Source: Mobula birostris
Taxonomy: Eukaryota
Direction of reading: 5' to 3'
DNA: 64,000 nt
Assembly (NCBI RefSeq): GCF_030028105.1
Contig: NC_092373.1
Location: 93,884,062 to 93,948,061 of the forward strand
Below the pieces are notes generated by a model that saw nothing but the letters and a program-made list of their open reading frames with translations, was not told the origin of the DNA and ran no database searches. A program made the translations under genes and the position numbers. How positions within the stretch are numbered: position 1 is the first letter of the stretch; each line of letters starts with the position of its first letter. This document shows, one piece after another, positions 1-12,977 of this stretch.

Positions 1-423
1 AGATCTAGAAAGGAGAGGGAGGTGTCGGAAATGGACCAGGTAAACTTGAGGGCAGGGTGAAAGTTGGAGGCAAAGTTAATAAAGTCAACGAGTTCTGCAT
101 GCGTGCAGGAAGCAGCACCAATGCAGTCGTCGATGTAGCGAAGGAAAAGTGGGGGACAGATACCAGAATAGGTTTGGAACATAGATTGTTCCACAAACCC
201 AACAAAAAGGCAGGCATAGCTAGGACCCACACAGGTGCCCATAGCTACACCTTTAGTTTGAAGGAAGTGGGAGGAGCCAAAGAAGAAATTATTAAGAGTA
301 AGGACTAATTCCGATAGACGGAGCAGAGTGGTGGTAGAGGGGAACTGATTAGGTCTGGAATCCAAAAAGAAGCGGAGAGCTTTGAGACCTTCCTGATGGG
401 GGATGGAAGTATATAAGGACTGG
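1..423 (-). mobile_element. Penelope-like element reverse transcriptase fragment (runs off the window start)
   Basis: Minus-strand translation GVAMGTCVGPSYACLFVGFVEQSMFQTYSGICPPLFLRYIDDCIGAASCTHAELVDFINFASNFHPALKFTWSISDTSLSFLDL contains the PLE RT motifs G.AMG, RYIDD and FLDL. Confidence 0.9.
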
Positions 424-2877
424 TAGTTTGCTGGCTTTTGATGCTCCAACAGAGGAAATAGGCCATTTAGAGAAAAACTGTCAAATATTTTAAACATCCT
501 GCTTTTAAACTTTCTGCCACTGAGCATCATTGTAAGAGCTTACATTTATCAATTATCATTAAGAATTCCAGATTCTCCTGGAACAGCCTCTTCAGAGGCA
601 ATAGGAAAGCACAAATCAGCAGCAGAGAAATGTTACCGGTTAGACATGCTAAACACACTTTAACTGACAACTTAGCCTACAAAAATGATAATTAGTACCC
701 CCAAGTCTTAAATTTAGGTTAAATTCCTACATTAATGCAGGAAAAGTAAGAATTTTTTGCATCTTATTTATCCCTATAGCACTCGTTGTACTTGCTTATG
801 ATCCCATGTAAAAAGTATACTGATAAATTAACACTGTCCAGTGACAGTATAGCCATAAGCATGGTTCTGAGGTTCAATAACATATGTGGAGCCCACAGGT
901 AAGTACACAGCACATGGTGCAATTCTAGTGCTCCCTCAAAAGAGAGGCCGTTCACTCTGCTGGTTACAACAATATCCATTCTAAGGGAACGCACTAAATA
1001 GAAGTCCCCCTAGACTCTCAAGCTTCTGCGTGTCTTTATGGCAGCCGCATTAGAGGAACTGCCACGGTGAAATTAGAACAAATTCCACACTGGGAGCTAG
1101 GTGTTGTTAAGAGTTCGAAAGGCCAAGGCCATGCAAGCTCATCCTCTATCATTAGTTCTGACTAATAACACTTTTCGTTGAAGACACCACAACATAAGCA
1201 GAACCAAGTCTAACTCCAGATTTGTTTAGAAGCATGGATCTGAAATTACCTATCCCTGCCAAGAACATAGCAACAATAGAAGCAGAAGGCAGCTTTTTGA
1301 CCCCTCAGCCTCCCCTTTTACTGTCACTGCCTTCTGTACTAACACCACCATCACTAGCCCAAACATGCTCGACGTACTACATTCCACATTTAGAGCCCCG
1401 TTATTTTCTGAGAACCCACCTGCTTTGCAGTTGAATTAGTCAATTAGAGTTTTCTTCCTACATATTTTTAAGCATTTTGCTTGCTGAAAAATAATTTTTG
1501 CTGATATATTTTAAATTTGCTGCCATTGAGTGCAGACTATGTCTTCTTGCTGCTCTATTTTAAACAGTCTCTGCATCACCTAACCCATTGGAATCTGAAA
1601 TACTGTATTCATAAATTCAACCTCCTCAATGAACCTTTCATAATCCAATTCCTCACTTGTCTTCTTTCCTCTATAACCTCTCAATTGTTGCCATTTTCTT
1701 TGGCCCTGTAGTGATCAGTGGTATGGACTAATCCGAGTGCAATTACACCAGTGGCTCATATAGTCACATTCTCAGATCAGTGCTGAAACTCCCAATACAT
1801 ACCAGCATTTCATTTGCTTTACGATCATGAAGCATCATCCTGACAGACTCCATTTAGCACTCTTTAAACAGAACACCCGATCTCTCATTATCTCAGATGC
1901 ATCTTGCCAGTAACACCCGCCTTGATTTCACCTGAGGGAAAGACTGTATATGGGTATCACTTGACCTCTGATTGGAAGTTGGCCTTTAATCTATCCCCAA
2001 CCATCTGAACACACTCAATTTTTGCTCCTTCCCCCACCCCCAGTTCATCTACATGATGTGGCTCATTTTCACATCGTTTGTTACTTCTGAACTCGATCAC
2101 TGCCCATTAAAGCCTGACCATAGAAAATCTGAGCTAAACAATACACATAGAATGTCTGAATATTTCGCTGGTTGGCATCTGTTGTACTCTGTCCTATGAT
2201 TAAAGTCTCCTGAAGTTGACAGTTTATTCATCACGACTGTCCAATCTTGAGCATTTCCTTGACATACACAAATGTACCGGAGTGGCAAATCTCTTCAGAA
2301 ACTTCGTCAAGTTCTAATGTTTAGACATCAACAGTATAAAACACAAGCCCACAAGTACACAGTGTAACAAAGAGCTGTGCATAGCAATTAAAGACAGTAC
2401 AAATACAACTAATATCATTCACAATTGTTTACTTTAAGAAAAAAAATTATTAAAAACAGGCATACAGCATTCCAGTGCAGCATTTCCTCAAGAACCATTT
2501 CATTAACAAGGTGTACACTATTAGTTGGGTGGAATTACTGGGTCTAACTCCTATTAAGAAGGTCTGAACACTTCAGCTCTCCATCTGTTCATCAAAGACA
2601 GTGACAAAGCCAAACTAGTGAAGATAAAAACAACTCCCAGGAGAAATTGCGTTATTTTCTCAGCAAGTCAGGAGCATTAGTGGACACAGTTGGAGATCTA
2701 ATGATTCAGACCAATGGCCTTTCAGAAGAAGTGAAATAATAAACATGTTTTAGGTTGCAAAGAGGAGCAAGTGTGGAGAGGACAAAGGGAACAGCTGTGA
2801 TAGGAACCAGACCAAAATTATCCAGGTGACTCAAACACTGTTGGTGGCCTCTACGAGAGGGTGATTAATGCTTACTG

Positions 2878-2910
2878 GTGGTGGGGGCGGGGGGGGGGGG
2901 GGAGAGAGAG
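2878..2910 (+). repeat. Poly-G / (GA)n tract
   Basis: ggtggtgggggcggggggggggggggagagagag. Confidence 0.8.
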
Positions 2911-3149
2911 AACAGACAATGCTGGAACTCAGATGCAAAATACAGGAAAAATAAGCTAGAAAATTGTTAAAAATACTCAAATCAGATAGCTTTTATGGAG
3001 TCAGAGAAAAACTAAGCTAACGTTACAGCAAAATGACCTTGTATCAGAACTGATGCCAGTTACCACCTGACTCAGTGATTTTCAGCATAATTTTTTTTAC
3101 CTCAGATTTTTAGTTCAAATTGTCTTGTTCCACTTCCCTACCGTGCCCA

Positions 3150-3620
3150 CTCACAGGAACGTGAGAATCTGGTGTAGGCCTTTGAGCCCACTCTGACCAT
3201 TCTATTTCAGCACCACTTGTCTGCACAATAAGGCATAGGAATAGAATAGGCCATTTGTATTCGAGGATTTCCAATTAACTAAAAGTAACAGACCAAACAT
3301 TCACCACCCTCAAGTATCTTTTTTTCCTTTCAGTCTTAAAGGCCTTCTACTTCTATAACATCTGGTTCAAGACCTCTCTCCAAGGGAAAAAAACAACCTT
3401 CTTCACTTCACCCTGTCTAGCACTACGAGAACATGTTGAAATGAGATTACCCTGCTAAACTGTACAGAATACAAGCCAACTCCACTCAACCTCTCATACA
3501 GCAAACCTGCCATCTCAGAAGCCAGTGTCATGAATCTTCAGTGAACCCCCTCCACTGCAAATTTATTTTTTTTTAAACAAGGAGACCAAAAAAATAGTGC
3601 ACAACACTAAAGCATTACCT
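3150..3620 (-). mobile_element. Ancient CR1 LINE 3' fragment
   Basis: Degenerate CR1 3' UTR and RT end, similar to the better-preserved copy at 50980-51500. Confidence 0.55.
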
Positions 3621-4896
3621 TGCTTTCTCTCTCCAAGATGCTGCCTGACTTGCAGAATATTTCTGGCATTTTCTGTTTTGTTTTTAAACTTCAGATTTAA
3701 AGTAGTTTATTTTTCACTTTTTAAAATAAATCTAGGTTGATGCAAGAACAAGAAGTCCTACTTATCAGGGAAGGTTGAACAGACCCTGCTTCATAAACGA
3801 AACAGCCTCACCGCTAGACTATTAACTTTTTTTAAAGATTATAAAAGGATCTAACTAAAGAGAGAACGAAGACGACACTTCCATGCCAGGCAATAAAACA
3901 ATGTACAAGACAGTCAGTAATAAATCCACTCTGATTTCAAAAGAAAGGTCCACGGTGGTTCTCAGGTAGAACTATCTAACGCAAAGCACAATTAGAGCAC
4001 GTCTGTATCTAAGGAGAAGCTAGAAAAACAGAAAAGGGAATAAGAAGTGATGGAATGCAAACAGTCACCGAAGAATCACTAGCATGAGCCAAATGAACAA
4101 TATGGTTGATTTTTTTTTGCCCCATGCATCAAATAATTCCATCTGAAAGGAAGAATGCGTGTAGCAGCATGTCATTTTGCAATCTCGCTGTCAAGAACCA
4201 GCGGGCAATGGGAGTGCTACACAGTCAATCTGTTCCCCCTCTCCCATTTGCCTTGTGTCTCAGCCACGTAATTGCATCGTCTCCCATTTATTTAGGATAT
4301 GCGTCTGTCTCTACAAGTCCCATCGTCCTCGTGTTACTGGTGTTATTTTCCATCCGTAATTTACACCCTGTACTCTGTGTGCTTGCTTCTCCCGCTTACA
4401 TTCACCCATTTCCTCTTCTCTCCCTCTTTTATCCGGAATACTGTTTTTTTTAAGATATTTACTGACATGCGGCTGTGCGCATGGCCCTTCTCCTCCTCTG
4501 CTGCAGATCATTGCCCACAATAACTGGCCATTTTGGACGCCGGTGCAATTGGTGAAACAACGAACGCTACGTCACTTTGGTAGATCAATGAGGCTGGCTT
4601 CCGGAGGCCTGGCTGATCGGAGCTCCCTTTGATCACAGAAGTGCCTCCCTAATCTACAGTAGGTGGCAGTAAAGGAAAGTCCCGCTCCTCCGCTGTAAAT
4701 CCCACCTCCTTTGCAGAACGGGGCGGCAGGGGAGAGGAAATTAGCAAGATAAACGTTTTAAGCCGTGCCAGCTGGTATGGTAGCCCCAAATCCCCTCCCC
4801 CAATCGCAAATGGATGAAGGTGCGGGGGACTCGATTTTCACAAGTTTACAACCACGCGAAATACAAAACAGGACATGAATCATTTTGTTAAAAAAA

Positions 4897-5008
4897 ACAC
4901 AAAAGAAACTGCAGATGCTAGAAATATGACACACAGAAAAAGGAAATTGCTGGATAGTCCAGCATCTGTAGAGGGAGAAACAGGACGGAGACCTTTCACC
5001 AGAACTGG
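4897..5008 (-). mobile_element. Degenerate PLE terminal repeat fragment within the promoter region
   Basis: ctgcagatgctagaaat...cagcatctgtagaggg matches the PLE terminus family seen at 39666 and 45155. Confidence 0.6.
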
Positions 5009-5814
5009 AGTGGCGCGTGGCGTGAAAGCCAATTTGTGCTGTGAATGTCGAGGATTTTTACTTTAATTGCCCAGACTTTTTTTAACACCTATTTACTATG
5101 GCGTTGGATTAGAATCCCACCAATATAGCGAGCATTTAAAAATAAAGCCTGTGAATTGGGTTACGAACTTATTATCTTGGGAAGAGGCACTTTTTTGTGT
5201 TGGTTCTGGGAGGATTGCCAGGGCGGCAGAGTTCCCCTGATTTGTTGCCGGGGTTGGCTCGGTCTGGCTGGGATGTCAGGAGAGCGCCGCAATAGGAAAC
5301 TCTCCAGGGATAGGCTTTTCTTTTGTTGCGACGCATGGGCACGGTGGTGCCGGGGTCCGGGTTGCCAGCCAGGGGTGATACAGGTATCATCTGCCGGCTA
5401 CCACAGGGCCGACATGCCGGCATTCCCCAAGCCCCACCTCATCTCACAGGGGTCGGGAAGGAATCATATAACCTCTGGCTGGGACACACACACGGTACAG
5501 ATGAGCAAGTCGCAAATGTCAAACCTTGTAAAGTGGCGAGTGCTTGGGGCGCACCGTCAGCCTCAGACGGGGCAGCAGCAGGAGGAGGCCGGCCTCTTCC
5601 CTGGTACACATTCCCTCGATCATGTAGCCATGTCACAGCAGCAATGTGACCCAAAACTCCGCCCAAGCAAACGGCCGCAGGCAACCAGCAGCGACAGAAA
5701 GAAGAAAGACAGCGCTCAGGTGGCGAAGCAGCGGCCACTTAAACCCAGCGGAAAGACTGAAAGGGCTGGAGGACCGAGTTGGCCTCCGATATCCCAGCGC
5801 GCATTGAAGCGCGC

Positions 5815-5822
5815 TGACGTCA
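5815..5822. promoter_or_regulatory. Palindromic CRE (CREB/ATF site)
   Basis: Perfect TGACGTCA within the CpG island. Confidence 0.65.
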
Positions 5823-5902
5823 TGCGTTGGCGCGCTCCACGCTGGAGCCGGCTGCCGGTAGCCCGTTGGCCGCTGGCCGCGAAGTTAGAGCTCGGCAGCG
5901 CC

Positions 5903-5916
5903 GTTATCCCAGTAAC
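5903..5916. promoter_or_regulatory. RFX X-box-like motif
   Basis: GTTATCCCAGTAAC resembles the consensus GTNRCC(N0-3)RGYAAC; about 80 bp from the CRE. Confidence 0.5.
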
Positions 5917-6169
5917 TGCTGTGATTTCCGAGCTCAGAAGGCCTGTGGATTGCCATCACCTCGGAGACTGACGTTAGAAGTCATTTAGAGATCTTTGTTT
6001 TGGATTGGGAACATTAGTGGCTTGAACAATGCTGAGATGCCTGGTCTGCTGCCCAGAAGTTCCTCTCAGGACTGTTTTTTTTATAATTCAATCAGTGTCT
6101 GCCTAACGGATATCAACATCCACATGTTCTCTTTGTGGTCCGTGGTGTCTCAGAGCAATGTTACCAAAC

Positions 6170-8110
6170 AATGTCAGAATATGGGAAAGATAAATGTCTA
6201 GACCATGAGAAGGATTTGGGGGACTGAATCTATCTGCAGAGAGCAAAGCTTAAGGTTAATGAGCAGAATTCCCCATTTCCTTGCTTGTAACGATAAATAT
6301 AATTTGGCTATGAGCACTTTAATGAAACAGTAGATAACCAAAACCTGGTTAGAAGCATAGATTTTAATGGGCATTTTAAAGAAGTTGGAGAGATTGAGAA
6401 AGCTTAGGGCCAAGATGGTGGAAAGCACAACTAGCGGTTAATTTTGGCAATATTGTACACAAGATTGCAGGTAGATGAGTACACATCAGTTAGAGGGTTG
6501 GTGGAGATCGCCTGGGGGATTAAGAAGTCAAAGATCAGATTTTTAATGTTCTGTTGTCAGTCAAGTGTGAGTCCACATGTAGATCGTATGTCAGAACAGA
6601 GTAAGTTAGAAAATGGACAGCAAACTTTGTAATGTAAATTTATGGAGGATGGAAAATGGAAGCTGGACAAGGATCTTTAGTTTCACACAATTGACAAGGC
6701 CAGGTTTGGACTTAAAGAGAGGACAGAGTTGTGACATCAGAGAAAACTTGCTAGTCCACCTGTACACCCATCTTCATGTATACAGAGGTGGCACCATTCT
6801 GCTTTTGGATGATGATGTTGAAGCTCAATGTGTAGTTGACTGCAGAGGGCTGACAAGGATCACACCTCGAGGGACTGCAGTAGTTCTGATGCAGGAGGGG
6901 GAAGGGAAGTTATTGCAATTCATTTTCTAGCCATAGCAGGACCGTGAAATCAAGCAAATGCAGTTCCATCCTAATGGGCAATAGTGAAGAAGGATGGTTT
7001 GGTCAGCTATATCAGAGCCTGCTGGCAGTTTAAGACAGATGAGCAAAGTTTATCTCCATCACCATTACACAGAGTGCTGCTGAATGATTTTTTTCTGGTA
7101 CTTTGGCAAGGGTATAAATCAGATTGGAGGTTCACACTTTCTGGGAAAGGTGTGTGGACTTTAAAGTGGTTGCATGCTGAAGTATTTTGGAAGTGGAACT
7201 GTGGATATTTCAAGGGTCCTTAAAATGGTGACAGATTTTAAGGAAAGATTGACAGAACTTAAAAGTATGGTGGACTGAAATTAGTAGAGATGGGTGCTTG
7301 ATGGTCATCTCAAACTCAGATCGAAGAGCCTGTTTCCATGCTATGTCACTACATGGATGGTCAGCAGTTTAATCGGAATAGGGTTTAGAAAGCAGAAACT
7401 GCACTTTATGGAAAAGTTGGAAAGAACTAAAGGGGTATAGGGAGGGGGGAGAAAAGTACATTCTAGAGCTGGAGAGAAACAGAGGAAGTTTAGCAAAATG
7501 GGTTAGGAAAGAAAGGAAAGTTAATCAGATAATCTTATGATCTTCTGTATAAATTAAAATTATTTTGTTCAAGGTAAGTATGTGGGAAAGGAGGCAGGGG
7601 ACCAGGGTGAACCTCCCTTAGCAAGGAGGCTGAGTTGATGAATGCAGGGGCTGATGCTGCTTCAAGTTTTCCAGACAGATTGGACAATGAACGGCTGAGT
7701 CAGTTATCCACCACTCGTCTTCACATCTGCATTCCTCAGAATCACATTAGTGGAGATAAAGGCAATGCAAAGGGACTGACTTAGCATAAGGGTAAGAGGA
7801 GGAACTGATTTTATTGGAGACTATCTCATTAAAGCTGGAAGTGAGCATAATGTTTTGGTTGAGGTTTGTAGCAGCAGAATTGTGGTAGTGAAGGCTGAGT
7901 TTTGAAAATGTAGTTGTGAAGGACTTTTAGTGGGGGGGTTAATAAAAGGAAGTCAGGTTGGGAATAGGTATGAGAATGAGGTGAAGTAAAAGGATGTACT
8001 CAGAAATAGTCTTCAGGTGAGTCAAATTGAAAGATCAATGCTTTCATTTTATATGGAGGATGAGATTGGAGGGGGTTTCAACTGGAAAGTATGACATAGG
8101 ATATGGTGCC
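6170..8110 (-). mobile_element. Probable very old LINE (L2-like) remnants
   Basis: Purine-rich degenerate sequence with LINE-like composition and no clean ORF; family assignment is tentative. Confidence 0.3.
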
Positions 8111-8990
8111 TAAAAAGGCTGGTTAGCCCAGTGTTCACCCTCCACTCGATTGACCTCCTGTCTTGTCAATGTAAGCCTCATATCTTTTTCTCCCACACCT
8201 GCTTGTTCAACCTCCTCTTAAAGACAGCTATACTATTCAACCATTCCCTAAGGAAGCAAGTTCCACATTCTTACCATGGGTTGGGCAACAAAATTTGTTC
8301 AGAATTCCCTGTTGGATTTCTCACACTATTGGCCTCTGGTTATAGTCTTCCTAATTAGCGTAAGCATCTAGTAAAGTCCTTCATTATTTCAAAGTCTTCT
8401 CTAGAGGTCACCCTGGGCATCTTTTACACATTTCCAGTTATCATTAGCAAGAAAGCTTCCTGCTCTTCCTACCAAAATATTTGAAGTTGCAATTACCCAT
8501 ATTAAACTTCATCTACCACTTATTAGCCCATTCTGCAAGTGTATTGACATCATTGGCAAATTTAGACACCATGTTTATGTTTCCAGAGTCACTCATCCTC
8601 TGCTGCACCCTTTTAATAAACTTATTTATGAAGTACAGTGCAGACCAGGTCCTTCAAGCTGCACACCCTGCAACCCTTGATTTAACCCTAATTATGGGAC
8701 AATTTACAATGACTAATTAACCTACCAGCTGGCATGACCTTGGACTGTGGGATTAAAGTGAGGCTCCCTGTCTCTTGTTCCAATTTTTTTTAATGAATAT
8801 AATCCATTAGGACCTAGATACATGATAGTAATGCATCAGAACCAGTGTTTTGATCTGTTTGTGCAATTTATCCACTACTATTTTAAATGAGTTTACATAT
8901 TACTTTCCTCATCCAATGTCATTCTACTGTAGCTCTCTGATGAATACCAATTTAATATTTTTGTCATCTCCCCATCATTGTATGTGATGA

Positions 8991-9252
8991 GGCACCACAG
9001 TAACATAGTGGTTAGCATGATACTGTTACAGCTCAGAGTTCAGTTCCAGCATCCTCTGTACATCCTCCCTGTGGAAGGTGTGGGCTTTCTCTGGATCTTC
9101 CAATTTCCTCCCACAGTTCAAAGACATACTGGGTAAATTAATTGGTCATTGTAAATTGTCCAGTAATTAGGTTGAGATTAAATTGGAATTGCTGAGGTTG
9201 TGCAGCTCGAAGGCCCTTTTCCATGCTGTATCTCTAAATAAGTAAATAAATA
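8991..9252 (+). mobile_element. HE1-like tRNA-derived V-SINE
   Basis: tRNA-like head (tagtggttagc), central ttcctcccacagttcaaagacat...attggtcattgtaaattgtcc, CR1-like tail and (taaa)n end. Confidence 0.75.
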
Positions 9253-10135
9253 TCCTGCCTCCTCTCTTGTTCTTGTCCACAGCAATCAACTTATTCTTCC
9301 ATTGATATGTCTGCAAAATATTTTCTAGTTTATGTTCTTTTATAACTCATTACAAAATTCTCTAACTCAACTCTTGACGTGACTGAATGCCTACATATTC
9401 TTGCTTATTGTGTATTCTTCTGCAGGTATATAATATATGTCTCTCTTTTTAGCAGTTTTCATCTTTATTAATTTATGATTATTTAATGTATTAATTTCCT
9501 TTTGTGAAGTATACAATTCCTGTACTTTGAGCTCAGTTTTACATATTTCCCATTATTATTCTACATTTTTTCCCAATATTGTTTATTTTATCTACATTTA
9601 TGTCAACCTCAGACACTCAAAATCAGCTTTTTTCCAATCTATTAATGTGTTTTTTGTCATACTTAGGCCAATTATCATGCGTAGAATGCTCAGTATTGTC
9701 AAATTATTCCCCTACATATCTACTCATCATTATTAGTTTCAACAATGAATCGTCCCTTATTTGGATTTTATATATTGAGCTAAAAAGTGTGCTATATGCA
9801 TTATAGGATTACGTTCCCTTCTCTGCTGACCCCTTCTGTCCAATAGGATAATTGAAGCCCCCCCCATGACTGTTGTTTAAAACTTCTCTGCTCATTTCCC
9901 TAATGCATATTTTCCTCCACCTCTCTTCCACCATCAGTATGATCAATCCTTTTTATTATTTCTAAGTGGTTCTATTTTTGTCTTCATATTGCTCTATTTG
10001 TCTTCTATTGCTATTATGTTATACATACTGCAAACTCTTCTTTTATTCCTCTCCATCTGCTCTAAATATTTTATATCCTGCTAAGTTCCAGTCTTGGTTT
10101 AATATCTTCTGAGTAATTCCTACCATACCCAGTTA

Positions 10136-10603
10136 TGCTCAGAGGCCACTTTATTAGATACACCTGCTTGTTAATGCAAAAATCTAGTCAACCAATCATG
10201 TGACAGCAACTCAATGCATCAGAGCATGCAGACATGGTGTTGTTCAGACCAAATATCAGAATGGGGAAGAAATGTAACCAAAGTGACTTTGACTGTGGAA
10301 TAGTTGTTGGTGCCAGACAAAGTGGTTTACATATCTTAGAAACTGCTAATCTGAAATTTTCATGTGAAAATTGGTGAAAATGCCTTGTTAATGAGAGAGA
10401 TCGGAGGAGAATAACCAAATCGGTTCCAACTGAAATAACCAGGCGTTTCAACAGTGGTGTGTAGAAGAGCACCTCTGAATGCATAACATGTTGAACCTTT
10501 ATGTGGATGGGCTACAGTAGCAGAAGACCACTTAATACTTACTTACCACTAGGAGGTTACCTTAATAGGTGCAGGAGGTTCATAATAAAATGGCTACTAA
10601 ATG
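10136..10603 (+). mobile_element. Tc1/mariner internally deleted derivative
   Basis: Degenerate TIRs (ctcagaggccactttattag ... taataaaatggctactaaatg) and a transposase N-terminus MGKKCNQSDFDCGIVVGARQSGLHILETANL. Confidence 0.8.
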
Positions 10604-10844
10604 TATTTCCAAGGCTGAAAGCATGGTATCAGCTCCTGTTTTACTATTCGCCTCTCTACGAAGACCCACTCATTTTTTAAACAATTTCCTCTCACTTTTT
10701 AGTTACACATCTCCATTATAACAATTGTTGTCAATGCCCCCACTTTACACTGATGCTCTCTATATTTTTGTTCCTATTTAAGATGCTTGCCTTTCTTGCA
10801 GATTCTCTCCTTACAAATATAAAGTCTTTACCATCTCCAATTTT

Positions 10845-11075
10845 TATAGGTGCACCATAGAAATCACCTTTTCCAGATACATTATGGCATGGTATGCAAC
10901 TGCTCTACCTGAGACCTCAAGAAACTGCAGAGTTGTGGACAGAATTCAGTCTGTCACGAAAATCAGTCCCCCTTCCATGGACTCTGCCTACAATTCTTGC
11001 TGGTCTCAGTAAAGCAGCTAACATAAAGACCCCTCCCACTACAGACATTCTTTTTTCTCCCACAATCTATTGGTA
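10845..11075 (+). mobile_element. Rex1-type LINE 3' RT fragment
   Basis: FYRCTIE...WY..CS...KKLQRVV motifs; similar to the copies at 42300-42550 and 29500-29800. Confidence 0.65.
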
Positions 11076-11135
11076 GAACATTGGAAAGTCTTTGACAAGA
11101 ACAGGTTATTCAGCCCAATAAAGCTTGCCAAATTC

Positions 11136-11210
11136 TGCCTGGCCTGCTGAGTTCCTACAGCATTTTGTGTGTGTTGCTTGGATTTCCAGCATCTGCAGAT
11201 TCCCTCTTGT
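11136..11210 (+). mobile_element. Short PLE terminus inserted in the CR1 3' UTR
   Basis: PLE terminal sequence flanked by the 11-bp TSD ttgccaaattc (11125-11135 / 11211-11221). Confidence 0.8.
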
Positions 11211-12977
11211 TTGCCAAATTCCTATTCACATTGTTTGTTGAAATAACTATTGAGTTTAGATCAGGAAGTCTCTAAGGTACCACTCTCAACCACACAACTA
11301 GGTAGTTTGTTCCATGTGTCCTTAATTCGCTGTATAAAGAAATGCTTCCGATGTTAGTCTGAAAACTCCCCTTAACCATTCTGACACAGCCCCATGTCAT
11401 CAATGATAGATTAATTTTGAAGTAGCAACTGGCATCCACTTTACTTATACCATGAATGTTTTTGAACACTTCTATCATGTCTCCTCTTAATCTACATCCA
11501 CTTAGGCTAAAACAATTTAATTCTTTCAATCTTTCTTCACAGCTCATACCCTGCAGACCCAAAATGAGTCTAGTGCCCTTCTCTGGACTGTCTCCAGTGT
11601 CTTCACATCCCTCACTCAATATGGAGACCAAAATTGTACACATTATATAAGGTGTGGCTTCACATGCACATTATACACCTTAAAGAGAACCTCTTGATTT
11701 GAACTCCACTGAGCACATTCTGTTAGCCTTCCTAATTGCTTCTGTGCATTGTCTAGATGTTGTTAGTGGTGAGTCTACCAGGACAACCAAATCCTTGTCA
11801 TACAGTGTACTTTTTAACTCAAGGCCCCCCCCCATTATATATTTATATCTAATATTTCTACTTCCTGTATGTAATACTTTACATTTACTTACATTAAATT
11901 TAATCTGCTACTTATCTGCCCACATCTGGATTTTACTTAGATCTAACTGTATTGATTCTGCTGCCTGAATGTTATCAACCCGTCCCTTTAATTTGTGTCA
12001 TCTGCAAACTTTACTAGTTTATTTGTTATGTGCTTATCCAAATCATTAGTTTAAATTAAAAACAGCAGTGGCCCCAAAACTGATCTCCACAGAACCCCAC
12101 TTTTAACATGATTTTCTCACCATAACTCGTTTATTGTTTTTGAGCCAATTCTGCACCCATTCACACACCTTACTCTGAATCCTTACCTCTTGTAATTTAA
12201 TTATTAACCTCTCGTGGGGTCAAAAACCTTTTGAAAGTCAAGGTAAATGATATCAATCGTTCTATTGTTATAAATTTTAGCTGCCTCTTCATAGAACTGC
12301 AGCATGATAGTGCAACATGATTTCCCCTTTCTGAACTCATACTGGCTTTCTGCTAACATGCCTGTTCTTATCAGCAGCTTTTCCACCTCATTCTTTATTA
12401 TTACCATTATTTTGACTATGATACACATTAAGCTTACTAGTCTATAGTTACCAGGGTCAATGCAGTCACCCCTCTCATATACTGGGACAACACTTGCCCT
12501 TTTCCAGTCCTTAGGGATTTCACCAGTCTTCACTGATTTTTGTAAAATACATGTTAGGGGTTTGTATGTATAATCACAGAACTCTTTAAGTACCTTCAGA
12601 TATATGTTGTCTGGCCCCACAAATTTATTTTCAGCTGAAGCAGGACCTCACTTTCTAAGAACTGTAAGTCTCTTAAAATAAACTTATATTTCTCTGCACA
12701 TTCTGGCATACTGTTAACATTTTTGCAGGTGAATACTTTAGCAAAATATGAGTTAAGAGTATCTGCTATATCTTTCTCTGCATAATTCATCACCCCATTA
12801 TTATTCCTAACACACTTAACTTCCTCCTTGACTTTTCTTTTACTACGAAATGATTGAAAAAAAATCTCTTGGGGTCAATCTTGACAATATCAGCAATATC
12901 TTTCTCAACCTGCTTTTGGCAATCCAAATTTCCCTCTTGACTATAGCGTTCATATTTTCATATGCCCTACAGTTAAT

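Larger units (their letters stand above)
4450..5970 (-). promoter_or_regulatory. CpG-island promoter region, probably of the next minus-strand gene (AMMECR1L by human synteny, unconfirmed)
   Basis: High CpG density relative to the rest of the window. Motifs: YY1 AAAATGGC (-) 4527-4534; ETS-like TTCCGG near 4610; CTCF-like ACAGTAGGTGGCAG 4656-4669; full CRE TGACGTCA 5815-5822; X-box GTTATCCCAGTAAC 5903-5916. Confidence 0.7.

Noticed and set aside
1772-1838. Possible minus-strand C/D box snoRNA (ATGATGC ... CTGA)
   Set aside because: Box C mismatched, terminal stem weak, and no rRNA/snRNA antisense element that I can recognise; would need snoscan or Rfam support.
5888-5935. Iron-responsive element, vault RNA or Y RNA
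   Set aside because: No CAGUGN loop with a C bulge and no Pol III boxes or terminator; the central palindrome is explained by an X-box.
5156-5971. 271-aa ORF, the longest in the track
   Set aside because: Non-ATG (TTG) start, lies in a GC-rich CpG island where stop codons are rare, overlapped by ORFs on both strands, and no recognisable domain.
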